64,000 nt of DNA from Podarcis filfolensis. Taxonomy: Eukaryota. The position numbers and the translations under genes are program-made. Each line of letters starts with the position of its first letter. Position 1 is the first letter of the stretch. Under the pieces are notes generated by a model. That model was given only the letters and a program-made list of their open reading frames with translations. It was not told the origin of the DNA and searched no databases. The stretch lies in assembly GCA_964270895.1 (NCBI GenBank), contig OZ185435.1; one strand, given 5' to 3'. Positions 1-11,917 of this stretch are shown piece after piece.

Positions 1-3000
1 TCTCAGGGAACTTGGACCCAGCAGATGGAAGGATAGAGTTTATTTACATATTTTGGGGGGGGAAATATACCGCCCACACATATAAAATGTCAAGGCGGCA
101 TGCAACACTATATGCAAATACAGTGAAACATATGATAAATAAAGAAAATTCAAAATAATAAAAAATTACCAGCTCGTTTATCACATCACCGCAAAATTCC
201 TTGCATCCTGCCAAATTCTACTAATAACAATACTGGTCATGTGCTGATGCTGTGGTACATTTTGGGGTGATGATAATTTTAAGTGCATGACACAAGTATT
301 TGTTGGCAACTGGAGCTATTCTTTGCCTGGGGTTGGTGGAGGATAGGGCAGAGGAAGAATACAGAGGCAGACTCTCTGAACCAATTGCAGAACCCTCAGC
401 AGGAATATCGGATTTGACGCAGAACAACTCGCTATCTCTGAATATTTGTGGTTTTGTCTTGATACTGGTAATTGACCATAATAAAATGACTTGTACTTGG
501 TGAAGTAAACAAAGAATTGCAAAGGTATTCAGAATTCTGCACCACCTCACGACTATACTTCCACTGCAAGGCAGTCACAAACTAGCCTTGTTCTCCATTC
601 ATGCTTAGTGAAAGGCATGGAAAAGTTGCAGGTGATGGGCGCCATCATCCAACAAATGCCATAAACTCCCTTGGGGCTTTTCAGTGACTGTGGAATGACT
701 TGTTTGGATGCATTCAACCTTCCAAATCCTTTACTACATGGCAGTTGATTTATTTTCAAGGTCACTTGTTTGAGCAATAAAAATGACCATGAGAGTTGGG
801 GGAAATAGCATACCGTATATGAATGGCCTCTAAGGGGAATGCAGCTTCTGTGTTGGGATTTGCTCTCTGTCTCTTCAGGCAGCTGGACACACCAAATAGC
901 ACTAGCAAGAGTGGGCTGAAACTCTCCCTCTGAAGGCTGTGTAAATTATACTTTGCCCCTGGTGTTATCATTTGTGTGACAGTGTGTACTTACTGATGAT
1001 AAGTGGGAATTCCACCTGTTTTGGCCCGAATGAATCATCTCCTCACATTTCCACATTAACTTTTCATTAGGAAGTCACTTACAACAAGGGTGACAGGATT
1101 GTAAAGGATACCTGAGCGCCAGGGACACAGTGTTGCTAAATACTTGTTGTCATTGTTATTTCTATGAGTATGCTACGGAAGTAAATAAATGTATGAAAAC
1201 AAAATCTGTGAAAGCAGCTGCTCCACTATCCAGTACAGGATTTCAGAATGTAAAGAGTGGATACTACATTTGAAGCACATCCCCCACCCACCACCAGCTC
1301 AAATAATTCTGTGCACTGTGGGTTTTTAAGGGCTGCTGGGAATTGTAATTCTCTGATTTTGCGAGGGGTAGACTACAGTGCCCAGAACTGTTTGAGAGAA
1401 AGAATGTGCTTTGAATGTGCTTTAAAGTTATCACATATGTTCAAGCATAATAGGTAATACTTTTACTGGAAAATGAGTCGAATACGTCTGCCGGATTGTT
1501 TTTTCAGCTACCCTGTTTGTGGGACCCACAAACACACCATGCAGTGAAGCCATAATGTGATACACACAACATCTTCTCTTCTTCCCACCTCCCACAAGCT
1601 AGGAGACTCTCTTCCATATAGTAGTTTCTGACCTGTCATCCCATGCTGCTTCTCCTCTGTCAGCCGAAAGTTTCACAACATGTTGAATCCTGCTTGGGCC
1701 TGCAAGTGTATCTGATTTCCCCCCTGTTGTACTAAATTCCCTTTAGTTTTTGGTAGCACAAATTGTTGGCTTATCCAAATGGCGCTTAGCCTGCTCTAAT
1801 CAATCATATAGTGAGTTCTACACTAACTTGTAGGTGGAATATTTGTTTACATAATTAGTTCGCCCTCCCCACTGCCAAGCATACATATGCTTACAAGGGC
1901 TCTTTTGTTCATTTGTTTATTAACTTTCCCCCTATCTATTCCCTACCTTTATATAAGTTATACAGAGTGGTTTATAAACTAAAATATTGTGTTGCAACAA
2001 ATCCTTTAAAAATCATGATAACATAAAAAATAGTAAACATACTCCATTTTTTCTTACAGATTTCTAAAATAAAATTTTCAGATTTGCGGGGAAACACTAG
2101 GCTGCATTGTGCCATTTCAGTTCTGGGCTCCTTCATAACTTTGTAAATCTGCCCCCGTGTTGATCCATAGCACTCTCTACTACCTCCATCTCTGCTGTAT
2201 CTGTATCTTGTATATTAGGCATAAGACAACTTCTTCAGTACAGAAGGTTGCTTTGGAAAGGATTTTCAATGAGAAGAAAAAAAACTGTTAGCACCAGTCA
2301 GAACCAGTGTAGTGTAGTGTGGCTAGATCGATCTCTAGGCTTGGAGCCAGCTATCATGATCTCCCAATTTTTTAAAATGGGGGCGCAGGAACAAGGGGTG
2401 TGGGTGGGGGAGGTTGCCTATTTCTTTGGAGCAGTACATGAGATGTGTATTTTTGTACATCTCTCCTTGCACTGTTTTCCTGATCAAAATCTTTCACACA
2501 GCTGCATTTGCCCTGCATGGGGAAAAATATAGGCACTTTCCCTCTTGCTTGGGGAGATAATTTCAGGAAAACAGTGCAGGAGGAAAGTCGTATGCATTTA
2601 CTCTGCTTCAAATAAATTGACAGCCCTCCCCCATCTACATTTTGTCTTTTAAATAACAAGTGATCCAGTAGCAGATTATGCACATAATATGTAGCTGACC
2701 TTTGTGACTGGGGGGAACTGGGTTTACATCACTGCTTAGCCATTATGCATGGACTTAACCTTCCTCACAGTGGTGATGCAAGGATAAACCAGACAACCTC
2801 CCAAGTATACCGGTACTTCCTTGAGCAGCTTGGAGGAAGAATGAGACGCAGACATAACAAATAAAAATATTCATGTAAAACCAGAAAGATATGGTCGTTA
2901 CTGAGGAATAAGCCATCCCATTTTCCTGCAACTGGAAAACTACATTTCTGATTGGCATATTGGGCAGAATTTATTGGTCACTTATTGGATGGGGAAAGTG

Positions 3001-3859
3001 GGCTGATGAGGAGGGAGGGATTTAATGAATCAAATCTGATTCATTGAAGAATAGGCTGGCTGGGACATAAATAGGTCTATTCTACTACTGTTGAAGCTGA
3101 CAAATGATGAGGGGTGAAGAACAGGGGGCAAAGATGAAGGGGGGGGGGAGGAGTTGAAGCAGGTGGAAGACAGGCTACAGGCTATCCAAGCTGGAAAGAT
3201 AGTCTGCTCCCAAAGAGCTGGATCACTGAATAAGCTGAAGATTGGCAATGAGGCCATATAAGGGCATTAAGGAATGAGGGGAATTCAGCAAGGAGCTTCT
3301 GGAGCTGTCCAGAGTGAGAACTGCCTGCAAGCCTGTCTCCAAGGACTTGGTAGTGAGATTGACTGGGAAGACAGACTGAGCAGTATTAAGTTAAATAGGA
3401 TTAAGAACTAAGTTTTACCAGTCAGCCTTATGTAAACCTTTATAACTGTTATGTAAAGATACAGGAACCTTATTAGAGCAAATATAAGTATGTCTTAAAG
3501 CAATAGTAACAAACTGAAGTATAAAACTCGCCTTATTATGCCTCTATATTTATAATAAATAAATATATTTAATTATAAAAGAGTGTCTAGATGGTTTTGT
3601 ACCACATCTATCATACCATAGCTTCTGGGATATAGTTATCAGAACTATACAGTTTACTAATGCTAATATTTGGTGGTTAGAAAGTGAATAAGTGAGAAAT
3701 AAAATCTGGTCCTCCACATATAAAGTATACAGTGGGGTGTCTTGCTACACAGTCAAACAATATCTGGAGGGCCACAGGTTTCCCATCCTGCTCTAAGCCA
3801 GCCCCTTGAGCTAAAAAGTAGCTGCAAAACAAAGAATGCCACAGAGAAGGAAGGAGATA

Positions 3860-4221
3860 CAGATGTACCTCGGAGATATTATGGATTTGGTTCTAGGCCA
3901 GCACAATAAAGCAAATATTACATTAAAGCAAGTCACACATTTTTTTGTTTTGTTTTCTAGTGCATATAAAAGTTATGTTTTCTCTATGCTGTAGGCTACT
4001 AGGCCAGGTCCCCCCCTCCGCCCCCGTCATCAGGGGCAGGAGGGGAAAAGCCCAAGTCCAGCACAAGCCAGCTCCACTCCTGCAGCCAGAAGAATTGTGG
4101 TAGCAGGGCGCTTCCTTCCCTTGGATGTGGTTGGGCTGCCTGCAGCTGCACCTGCATCCTTGTAAGGAGCAAGATCTGTGAAACACAATTAAAGCAAAGC
4201 ACAATAAATGAGGTGTGCCTG
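3860..4221 (-). mobile_element. Tigger1-like (pogo/Tc1-mariner) non-autonomous MITE
   Basis: Ends cagatgtacctcggagatatt... and ...caataaatgaggtgtgcctg; TA on the left, CA on the right. Both ends resemble Tigger1 termini (from memory). Confidence 0.75.
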
Positions 4222-6533
4222 CATTAATGAGAAATGCTCAGATTTTATTTGCGGTTTTGAGCCTGGTTTGTGTCTCCTCCACTGCTGGGAAATCAGCCTC
4301 ATCTGTCATTGGATTTATTTGGCAAACAGCTCCTAAATGATTATTCTTTTAACTTAGGGTCATGTTTGATAACTACACATGCAGCTGTTCAGTAAAATGG
4401 GAGGAATTTTCACTCTCAGCACCGCATTTCCTCTATAAAGCTTATCTTGTTTAGCTTAATAAGTTGAAAGCCTCTGCAGAAACAGACCTAGTTTCCTAAT
4501 CTTCTGGTATGAAGAGAGATTCCCCCACTTTACTTACATTTTACGGTAAGAGGACAATTTCTTTCAGAGGAGGAAAAACTGAGGGTGTCTTTATTGTGGT
4601 GCAACACTTAAGAAGGTTCACACATTCTTTAAGTGCTGACCTCATATGTTTCTAAGTAATGAATTAATTAGTATAACATGGAGACATGCAAGGTTAGTTT
4701 GCACAACCCTCTTTTCACTCCCATAGCAACTCCTTTGGTTTGGTTTCGTCTTTGCACATAATTAGTTTTGATTTGTATAAGCATTACTCTAAATAGATTT
4801 GTTATCAGATGTCATGGAAGGCTTAGAGGGCATCCCAGTCAGGCAGCTAGATAAGAACATCATTGTCTCCAACAAGAACAGAACCAACAAAGGAAACTCT
4901 TGAAGCCATTTAGATTTAACTAAGTACAATGCCACCTATTGAGCAAACCAGAGAATGACACTATCCACACAACATCCCTTCCTTATTTAAATAAACAACC
5001 AGTACATCAGTGCTGTTAAACTACTTGATAGTTCAGGTCTTCAGTCATTTACCTTGACAGCTTCCAAGTAACTCAGAGTAAGTAGTAGTCGTGACAGTAA
5101 CATTGCTGTTAGTTCTACTATGCAAGCCCCAGAGTTTGCTTTTGGTGATTGCACCTTCTCAGTGATAGGAAGAAGATATCATCAGTTTCTGTTAAGTATT
5201 CCATGTTCACTCTCAGCAGAATATAATCAGGCTCTTGTGGGACTTTGTGACAAGGTGTCTGCTATGATCAATTGTTTTCTTGTAATATATTCTGCTACAT
5301 GTTTTTTTCTTTAATCAAGGTCACAAAGGGATTATGGTCTGCGAATATGAAATAAGACAGATCACATAGGTATCCGTAAAAGTTTTTGCATGCCCAAACA
5401 CTAGCAAAAAAATTCTCAATTTTTTTCATAATATTTTTTTCTGCTCTGGTTGGAGTTCTAGAGCAGAATGTGACTGGCATGCATTTTGAACCATGCAATT
5501 GTAATAGCACTCCTTCTAAAGCTGTAGTTTTTTGCATCAGTGCTACCCATTGTAGGCTTATGGCATCCTAAAACTAAGACTGGCGATTATCTCATTTATA
5601 TTTTTAAAGGCAATGCACAGAACTGATCCACAAAACCAGGAAGTAGTGGATTTCAATAATCAGTGTAGTGGTTGTTTATCTTTTGAAGTATTGTACAAAT
5701 ATCATCCTAGAAAGATAGTTCAGCATTCCCAGAAATTGTCTCAGTTCTGTAGCCTTCAATGCTTTCAGTTCTTTGATAGCATTTACCATCTCTAGGCATG
5801 GCTTTGTCCCATGTTGTGTGATTAGTTGTCCAAGTAATTCAACTTCACCTTGATGAAAAATGCATTTCTCCTTGTTTATATTTAGTCCAGATTAATGGAT
5901 CTTATTCCTGACAGTGACCAGTGTTTTGTCATGGTCTTTCTTCCACTGATGTACTCTGTATTAGAATGTAATTCAGGAAGACAATTACTCCTTTTATCTC
6001 TCTCAGGACTTCTGTCATCTTTGTTTAAAAAATCTAGGAAGCACTCACAATTCCAAATGGTAAGCGCTGAAAACAAAATCTCCCAAAGGGTGTGATAAAT
6101 CTAGTCAGTGTAGCAGTCTAGTTTGTCAAAGGTATTTGCTAGATACTGAAGTATCCTATTTGGAAAATACTTTGGTTCCTGTCTCTTTCGGGAGAAGGTC
6201 CTCTAGTGTTGTAGGTACATATTTTTCTCTCACTACAGCTTCATTAAGCTTTTACAAAATTTACACCTTTAATCATTGGTCCATTACACAAGATAGGCAT
6301 AGTAGTTTCCTTAATTATGCAGTGTTTCTTTATCCTTTCCAGCTCCATTTCCCCTTTGTAGTCTAAATAAATGGTGATTCTTTGTGGTGTTTTGTATGCT
6401 ATATGATTTGACACCTGAATTCTAGACACCCCTTTTGTTTCTCCCACTGGTTTTAGGAGTCCCATTCTAGCATCTGTTCCTTGGTTGAGGAAATTGTCCA
6501 TATTATGATCTCATATACACTAAACATAAACTC

Positions 6534-6585
<52 letters not shown>
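6534..6585. repeat. Compound microsatellite (TG)n(AG)n
   Basis: Read directly. Confidence 0.97.
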
Positions 6586-6587
<2 letters not shown>

Positions 6588-8459
6588 GCAGAACACACAG
6601 AGAGAAAGGAAAGCGTAATAAGGGATTAATGTATGAAAATGGTATTCTTTAAAAAGAAGAAAGGGTTTAAGGCTGCGGGTGCCAGTCACAAAATGGCTGC
6701 CATGGGGGTGTGACAGAACATAAAATGGCTCCTGTGGGAGAATACAGGACAGACCAAGCTGGTGCAATCAGGAAGCAAGCAATAAGAGCAAATAGTCCCT
6801 CATACATTATGGGTTTTTGAGGGGATATTTACTGATACCTTTTAAGGGTGTCATAGAAGGAACTGGTGGGCATATTGGTTCTCATGGGCATTGTGTTTGT
6901 GACCCCTGAGTTAAGTGACAAGCTTCACATAAATTGTGTTTCTTGCTTGGTAGTAGCAACTTTTTCCTCCCTCTTCTGAGCTGTGCATAGTGACCATTTG
7001 TATAGATTTTCTTTTGATGTTTTGATCTACCATAGATCTTTTAAACCAGTCCATGGTGCTGTTTTTAAGCATTAAATAATACTACTTCTCTAAACTTGTG
7101 CACTAGCATATTTGCTATGTCAGTATAACTTGATTTTGCAATAGTATGGCTAGCTAGTTAGCGTGTTCTGTGCCAAGCGCTTAAGAGTACAGCATGTCTT
7201 AGGAGCAAAAACTGTTCCCCAGCTTTAAAACACATGTGCGCGCGCGCGCACACACACACACAAACAAAACCAGGCATACCAATGGTGTTCTGTCTCTGGG
7301 GAATGCACAATATTTCCAGTCTTAGGGGTGCATTTCATATGGTAACATCCAAAAAACTGCTAGTGTAAACTTGCCTTTAGGGATTAAGACTTGTTTCTTG
7401 GTCTGGTTTGAACATCAAAGTAAGGTTTTGTTCATTCAAGTTTAGTGGTAAACCATGTTTTACACTTCTTCTGAGTTAAGTTGCTATCTTCTACAGATTC
7501 TTCTAAAATGGATATGGGATACTGCTGTACGTATCTCCTCCCTCACAGCAGCAAAAGCAGTCAGATGGTTCTGAGAAAAAAACATTAAACGTTGGCTCAG
7601 AACAAAATCTGAGCCCACCAAAAACATTCTACTTGCTGGATTTTGGCTCAGGTCTCTCCCGATGACTCTGCAGCTTCTGAAATACAATCACTCAGTAGCA
7701 TTATGGCTGCGCTGATAGCTGGTCAACTCCCTTCAGCTATCCAGGAACTGTGCCAGGTTACAGCTTTCTAAAAAGGGCCTTTGTTAAGCAACCATTTAAA
7801 AAGTGCTTTAATATTTATACAAAATGAACGGATGCCTGGGAAAGAAGGAGTGGAGAAAGTTAATGGAGAGGGAACACAAGGAGCTGAAGCTTATTAGCTA
7901 GCCCCTCTGTGGGATTGTCTTGCATTTCTGTTTGTCGGAAAGGAGAACCAGTGCAGCCAAGCAAGAAGAAAACCAAGCATTTTGCAGATAAGAAAGTGAG
8001 AGGACAGCTCCAAAGCCATTTCCCACACTGTTCTTTGGCACTTGAGTTGTAAACTATGACTATAGGGTCTCTTTTGTGAAGGGCACAGGAAGCAAGTGCC
8101 TTTGCTTTGGAGATTTCCTCTACTAACATTGCCGATGCAAACTTGTTCAGTGCTGATAGCGGTGCTAATGTCCTGGTCTTTACTTTTCTCTCACCACAAT
8201 ATGACCTGTGATCAAGGATTGTGTGTGACACAGCTGGGAGAAGAACATACAGCACTGTGCCGTGATTTGGCTTAGTGTTGTGTCCAAACCTGGGCTCATG
8301 GTTTATCTTGCTCCAGACAAACTGTGAGCTGTAGCCAAGGTTTGTTCTATGGTTTGCCATGCTCAGCTCACAGCAGCATGGCGGCAGCAGGACCAGAGAA
8401 AAAGCAAAGTGGCCAGTCTTCTCTTTGGGAACCTGCACGTTTGCTTATTCACTCTAAGT

Positions 8460-8595
8460 CAGGCATCCCCAACCTGCGGCCCTCCAGATGTTTTGGCCTA
8501 CAACTCCCATGATCCCTGCCTAACAGGACCAGTGGTCAGGGATGATGGGAATTGTAGTCCAAAACATCTGGAGGGCCGAAGGTTGGGGACACCTG
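8460..8595. mobile_element. hAT-derived MITE
   Basis: TIR caggcatccccaacct/aggttggggacacctg; perfect 8-bp TSD ctctaagt (8452..8459 and 8596..8603). Confidence 0.9.
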
Positions 8596-8959
8596 CTCTA
8601 AGTCATGGTTTGGCTGTGTTATGTCGCATCTGGGCCTCTGACAAGTACAAAGCCAGTACAATTCCCTGTCATTTTCATTTCCCCCTTCTACCTTGCAGTA
8701 GCCCTAGGAGGCATGCACCTCTGAACAAGGGCACCTTTGATAATCACCACGCTAATGATTTTTAATCATAATAGATGAATAGATCATCTTTCCAAAATGT
8801 GTAGCCATTTCCACTTTCTTCCCAAAAGGTGAATGGAGGTGTCATTACCCAGAAGGCACTATGCCAGATCCCAGTACAGTGTGTTCTGGGATATTATCCA
8901 GGAATTCATGCGTAGGTGGAATGTGAACCACCATGCTATTACAATCTGATTAAAAGAGC

Positions 8960-9630
8960 ATCAGAAAACCACCACAAATAAATGGATGACAGGAAAGGGA
9001 AGAGCCAAATGCAGTAAGATGGAGGATAACTCATATCTAAGTCTTATGAATTTAAAATGGAAGATGGAAGCCTCTAAATGAGGGTCAAGCAAAGACAAAA
9101 ACAACCTGACATGAGAGAGATAATTGGGGAAGTCAAGATTCCTATAAAAATGAAATAATACTTTACTTGGCTTAGAAAATAGACAGCTCAGAGGGCACAA
9201 GCTAAAGTTTATACAATCATGAATGATGTGAAGAGAATGGAGAGAGAGAAATTGTCCACCTTCTCCCATAAGAACAGAACACAAAATTGCTCAAGGAAGT
9301 ATTTGGTGTAGGATGAAGAAAAAGTACTTATTCATAGAGTGGTTCATTAACGAATGATATGAATTACCACGAGTATGGTGATGAGTCCAAGCTTAGCTTA
9401 CTTTTGATAGATGTTACCCATGATTGCAAAACTGATTCCCATGTTTTGAGGCTGCATCCCTAGTTTAAGTGAATACCAGCTGTTTGGAAACGAACTGAAG
9501 GGTATGATTGTTGCCATTTTTTTTGTCTAGTGAGTTTGTCAGAGACACCTGGCTGCCCACATTCTGAGGCAGAATGATGGACTGGCTAGGTAGACCTTTG
9601 ATCTGAACCAGCAAGGTACTTATTATGCCC
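8960..9630 (+). mobile_element. Degenerate CR1 LINE 3' end
   Basis: Resembles the end of CR1 ORF2 (aagtttatacaatcatgaatgatgtgaagagaatggagagagag) and its 3' UTR (ggactggctaggtagacctttgatctgaaccagcaagg). Confidence 0.65.
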
Positions 9631-9989
9631 TTGTGTTCTTTGTGAAAAGCTCTGAGCCTTTGTAGAGGATGAAGGTGTCTTTGGAAGAACTGACAAGCTC
9701 AAAGAGTGGAAGCTAGACAGTTGTCTTGTGGAAAACAAGGAGGTTCTGAAATAAAGGACATTTTTGTAACAGTAATTTACGCTCCAGAAAGTGTGGGGCA
9801 CCTCGATGTGTTTGTGAGCTTTTTGCTATGGTTTTGGCAGGCCCTACAATGGCCTCTCCGAGCTATATAAGGCTTGGCTGCAGGCAAATCCAAATGACTA
9901 GGAACATATGGTGGACAACAGGGACATTGCAAGGGCAATGAGGGATAGCTTTGAAAATTAGGTTCAGGTCAGAAACCCTTGACAAGATA

Positions 9990-11075
9990 TTGGATAATTG
10001 GCTATACAGTCATGATGCCAACAAGCATTTAAGGGTGATAATAGATAACCAACTGAGTCAACAGTTTCATGTAGTGGAGTGAAATGGAGGCCAGTGTAAT
10101 TTTAGACTGAATTAACAGAAGCTTTCATATCCAGGAATCTATCAAGCAGTAAATAGCCCTGTGCTACTCAGCATTTATCAATGCTCAAGTTAGTGCTAGG
10201 ATTTAATTTCTGCCAGGGTTCATTCCTAGGATCTGTTTCTAATGACAGGGTTCATCCCTGAGATAGACAAAGTTAGGTTGGCCAAAAGTTCCTCTGTGTA
10301 ACTGCAGAAAACATATTCCACACTTCTGAGTAACTGTAGTGTCCCCAGAAATGAGTTATCAATAGGAATGAAATATAGATCATAGTGAGAGCAAGGTCCT
10401 TAAAGGACGTTGGTTAGATAAACCAAGGATGCAATCCCAAAAGCACCCAGGAAGGAACAATTTGGTGTATATAACGTCACTTGGCAAAGGCCTGGGTAGG
10501 TGAGAAAAAAAGATAAGGTAATCCAGACACATAATCAACTGTTTCCCAACCAGAATGCCTAGGACTAAAGAGGTGACATTGATTAAGAAGTTAGTACAGG
10601 GCTCTGAAGGTAAATAAAATCCTGAGTAAGGCCAGTCCCCGTGTGGTGGAGGATTCATAAGGTCAAAGGTCTGGTGGCTTCCACTTCTCTGAATTCCCTG
10701 GGCTGCCATAAGGTATGGAACTGTGTCATAGACAGCCACCATGGTCTTTCATCACGCAGCCTGCATGGTCTAAGATATATATTGCAGGAAGCCATGACAA
10801 TGACATTGAATCTCCCAAATATAGATGGAGGATAGTGGTTTCTGGTGGACAAATAGCATAGACATCATGCTATGTCTTGCTTACAAGTTTTCAGCTAGAA
10901 AAAGAATGCTGGATTGGGTGGATTCTTCTTGATGTACCTCTGCCTTTATTTCCAGGAACCATAACTTCTATGTGCAGTGTCCTCTACTATCCTCTTCTGG
11001 TCCCATGGAGGAGCCCATGTAGCAAGAAGAGCTCTTAGTTGAGCAACTTGCTCAGACCAGAGCTGGAATTAAAAA
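9990..11075 (+). mobile_element. Old fragmented CR1 ORF2 remnants (about 9990..10215 and 10830..11075)
   Basis: Decayed matches to CR1 peptide motifs LGVIVDNQL..SQQC and VD..Y.DF; the sequence between them is unassigned. Boundaries approximate. Confidence 0.45.
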
Positions 11076-11828
11076 TTTGAGCCTCTGCCTCCAGTCACCT
11101 CTCTTAGGCTCCTCCTGCTATGAAGGCCCACCCCCTGGCCTGAGGACTGGGACTTCTCCTGCACTCTATAGCTTCCTACCTGGCACACACTCTTTGCCAT
11201 TAGACTGGCAAGCTAGTATGAGAGGCACTCATTTCCATTGGCCCTGGGGAAGATTCCATTTGTGGCTCCATCTCATGTTGTATGAGATGGGCTTCAGTGG
11301 TTCCCTGAACCAGCTTTGGAGACAGAGTCAGGAACCTGATGTAGCTCCTAGGCCGGTGATGCTATAGTCTCTATTTTGGTGTCCTGGTCATTCTGGAATC
11401 ATGACACCTAGGGTAAGCCTGTGGCATTTCCAGTTAACAGGATCTCTCATTTCAGGGTTGAGAAGGACCTGTGCCTGGGACCCTGGTGAACTGTTTCCAA
11501 TCTGAGGGGACAATATTAGGCTAGAACAACCAACCGTGGAACAGTATAAACTAGTTTCCAGGATTAACTGGGAAACATAACATGGGAGTAATTGAAGCCA
11601 AGACACTTGTTTTGATTAACATATAAACTGAGGTCAGCCAAGGACCCAGAATCCAGACCTCTAGAATTTGAAGGGTAAAGTCTGATATTTTCATGCATAT
11701 TGTATTTCTCCTTCCAAGTTTTGTCAGCTCCAGCCAGTTGCTGTCCTGCTGCCCCAACTGTTGGACTGTTTGCCAAACAAAGCAATACTGTCCTTGCTAA
11801 GTGAGCTCAATGTATTCTTGTCCTACAG

Positions 11829-11917
11829 GCGGAAACTCCACCAATGGCCAGTGCAGCACTCTGCAGCAGCACTACAGCTCCAGATCCCAGACAAATGGCA
11901 CAGCCCCCAAAAGCTCT
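11829..11917 (+). CDS. PKP3: PKP3 exon 2
   Basis: tcctacag|GC GGA AAC...AGC TCT|gtaagt; (G)GNSTNGQCSTLQQHYSSRSQTNGTAPKSS resembles human GTSRGQYHTLQAGFSSRSQ (from memory). Confidence 0.85.

Noticed and set aside
221-800. Adjacent minus-strand ORFs 221..550 and 553..777
   Set aside because: They are in different frames and have no recognisable motif. Possibly an old transposon, but unsupported.
7860-8438. 192-aa minus-strand ORF
   Set aside because: No domain features or supporting splice structure, and it overlaps repeat-like sequence.
1-11828. PKP3 exon 1 or B4GALNT4 exons
   Set aside because: No segment encoding the expected N-terminal ALPSD/RVQEQVR-type motifs was found, so exon 1 probably lies upstream of the window.
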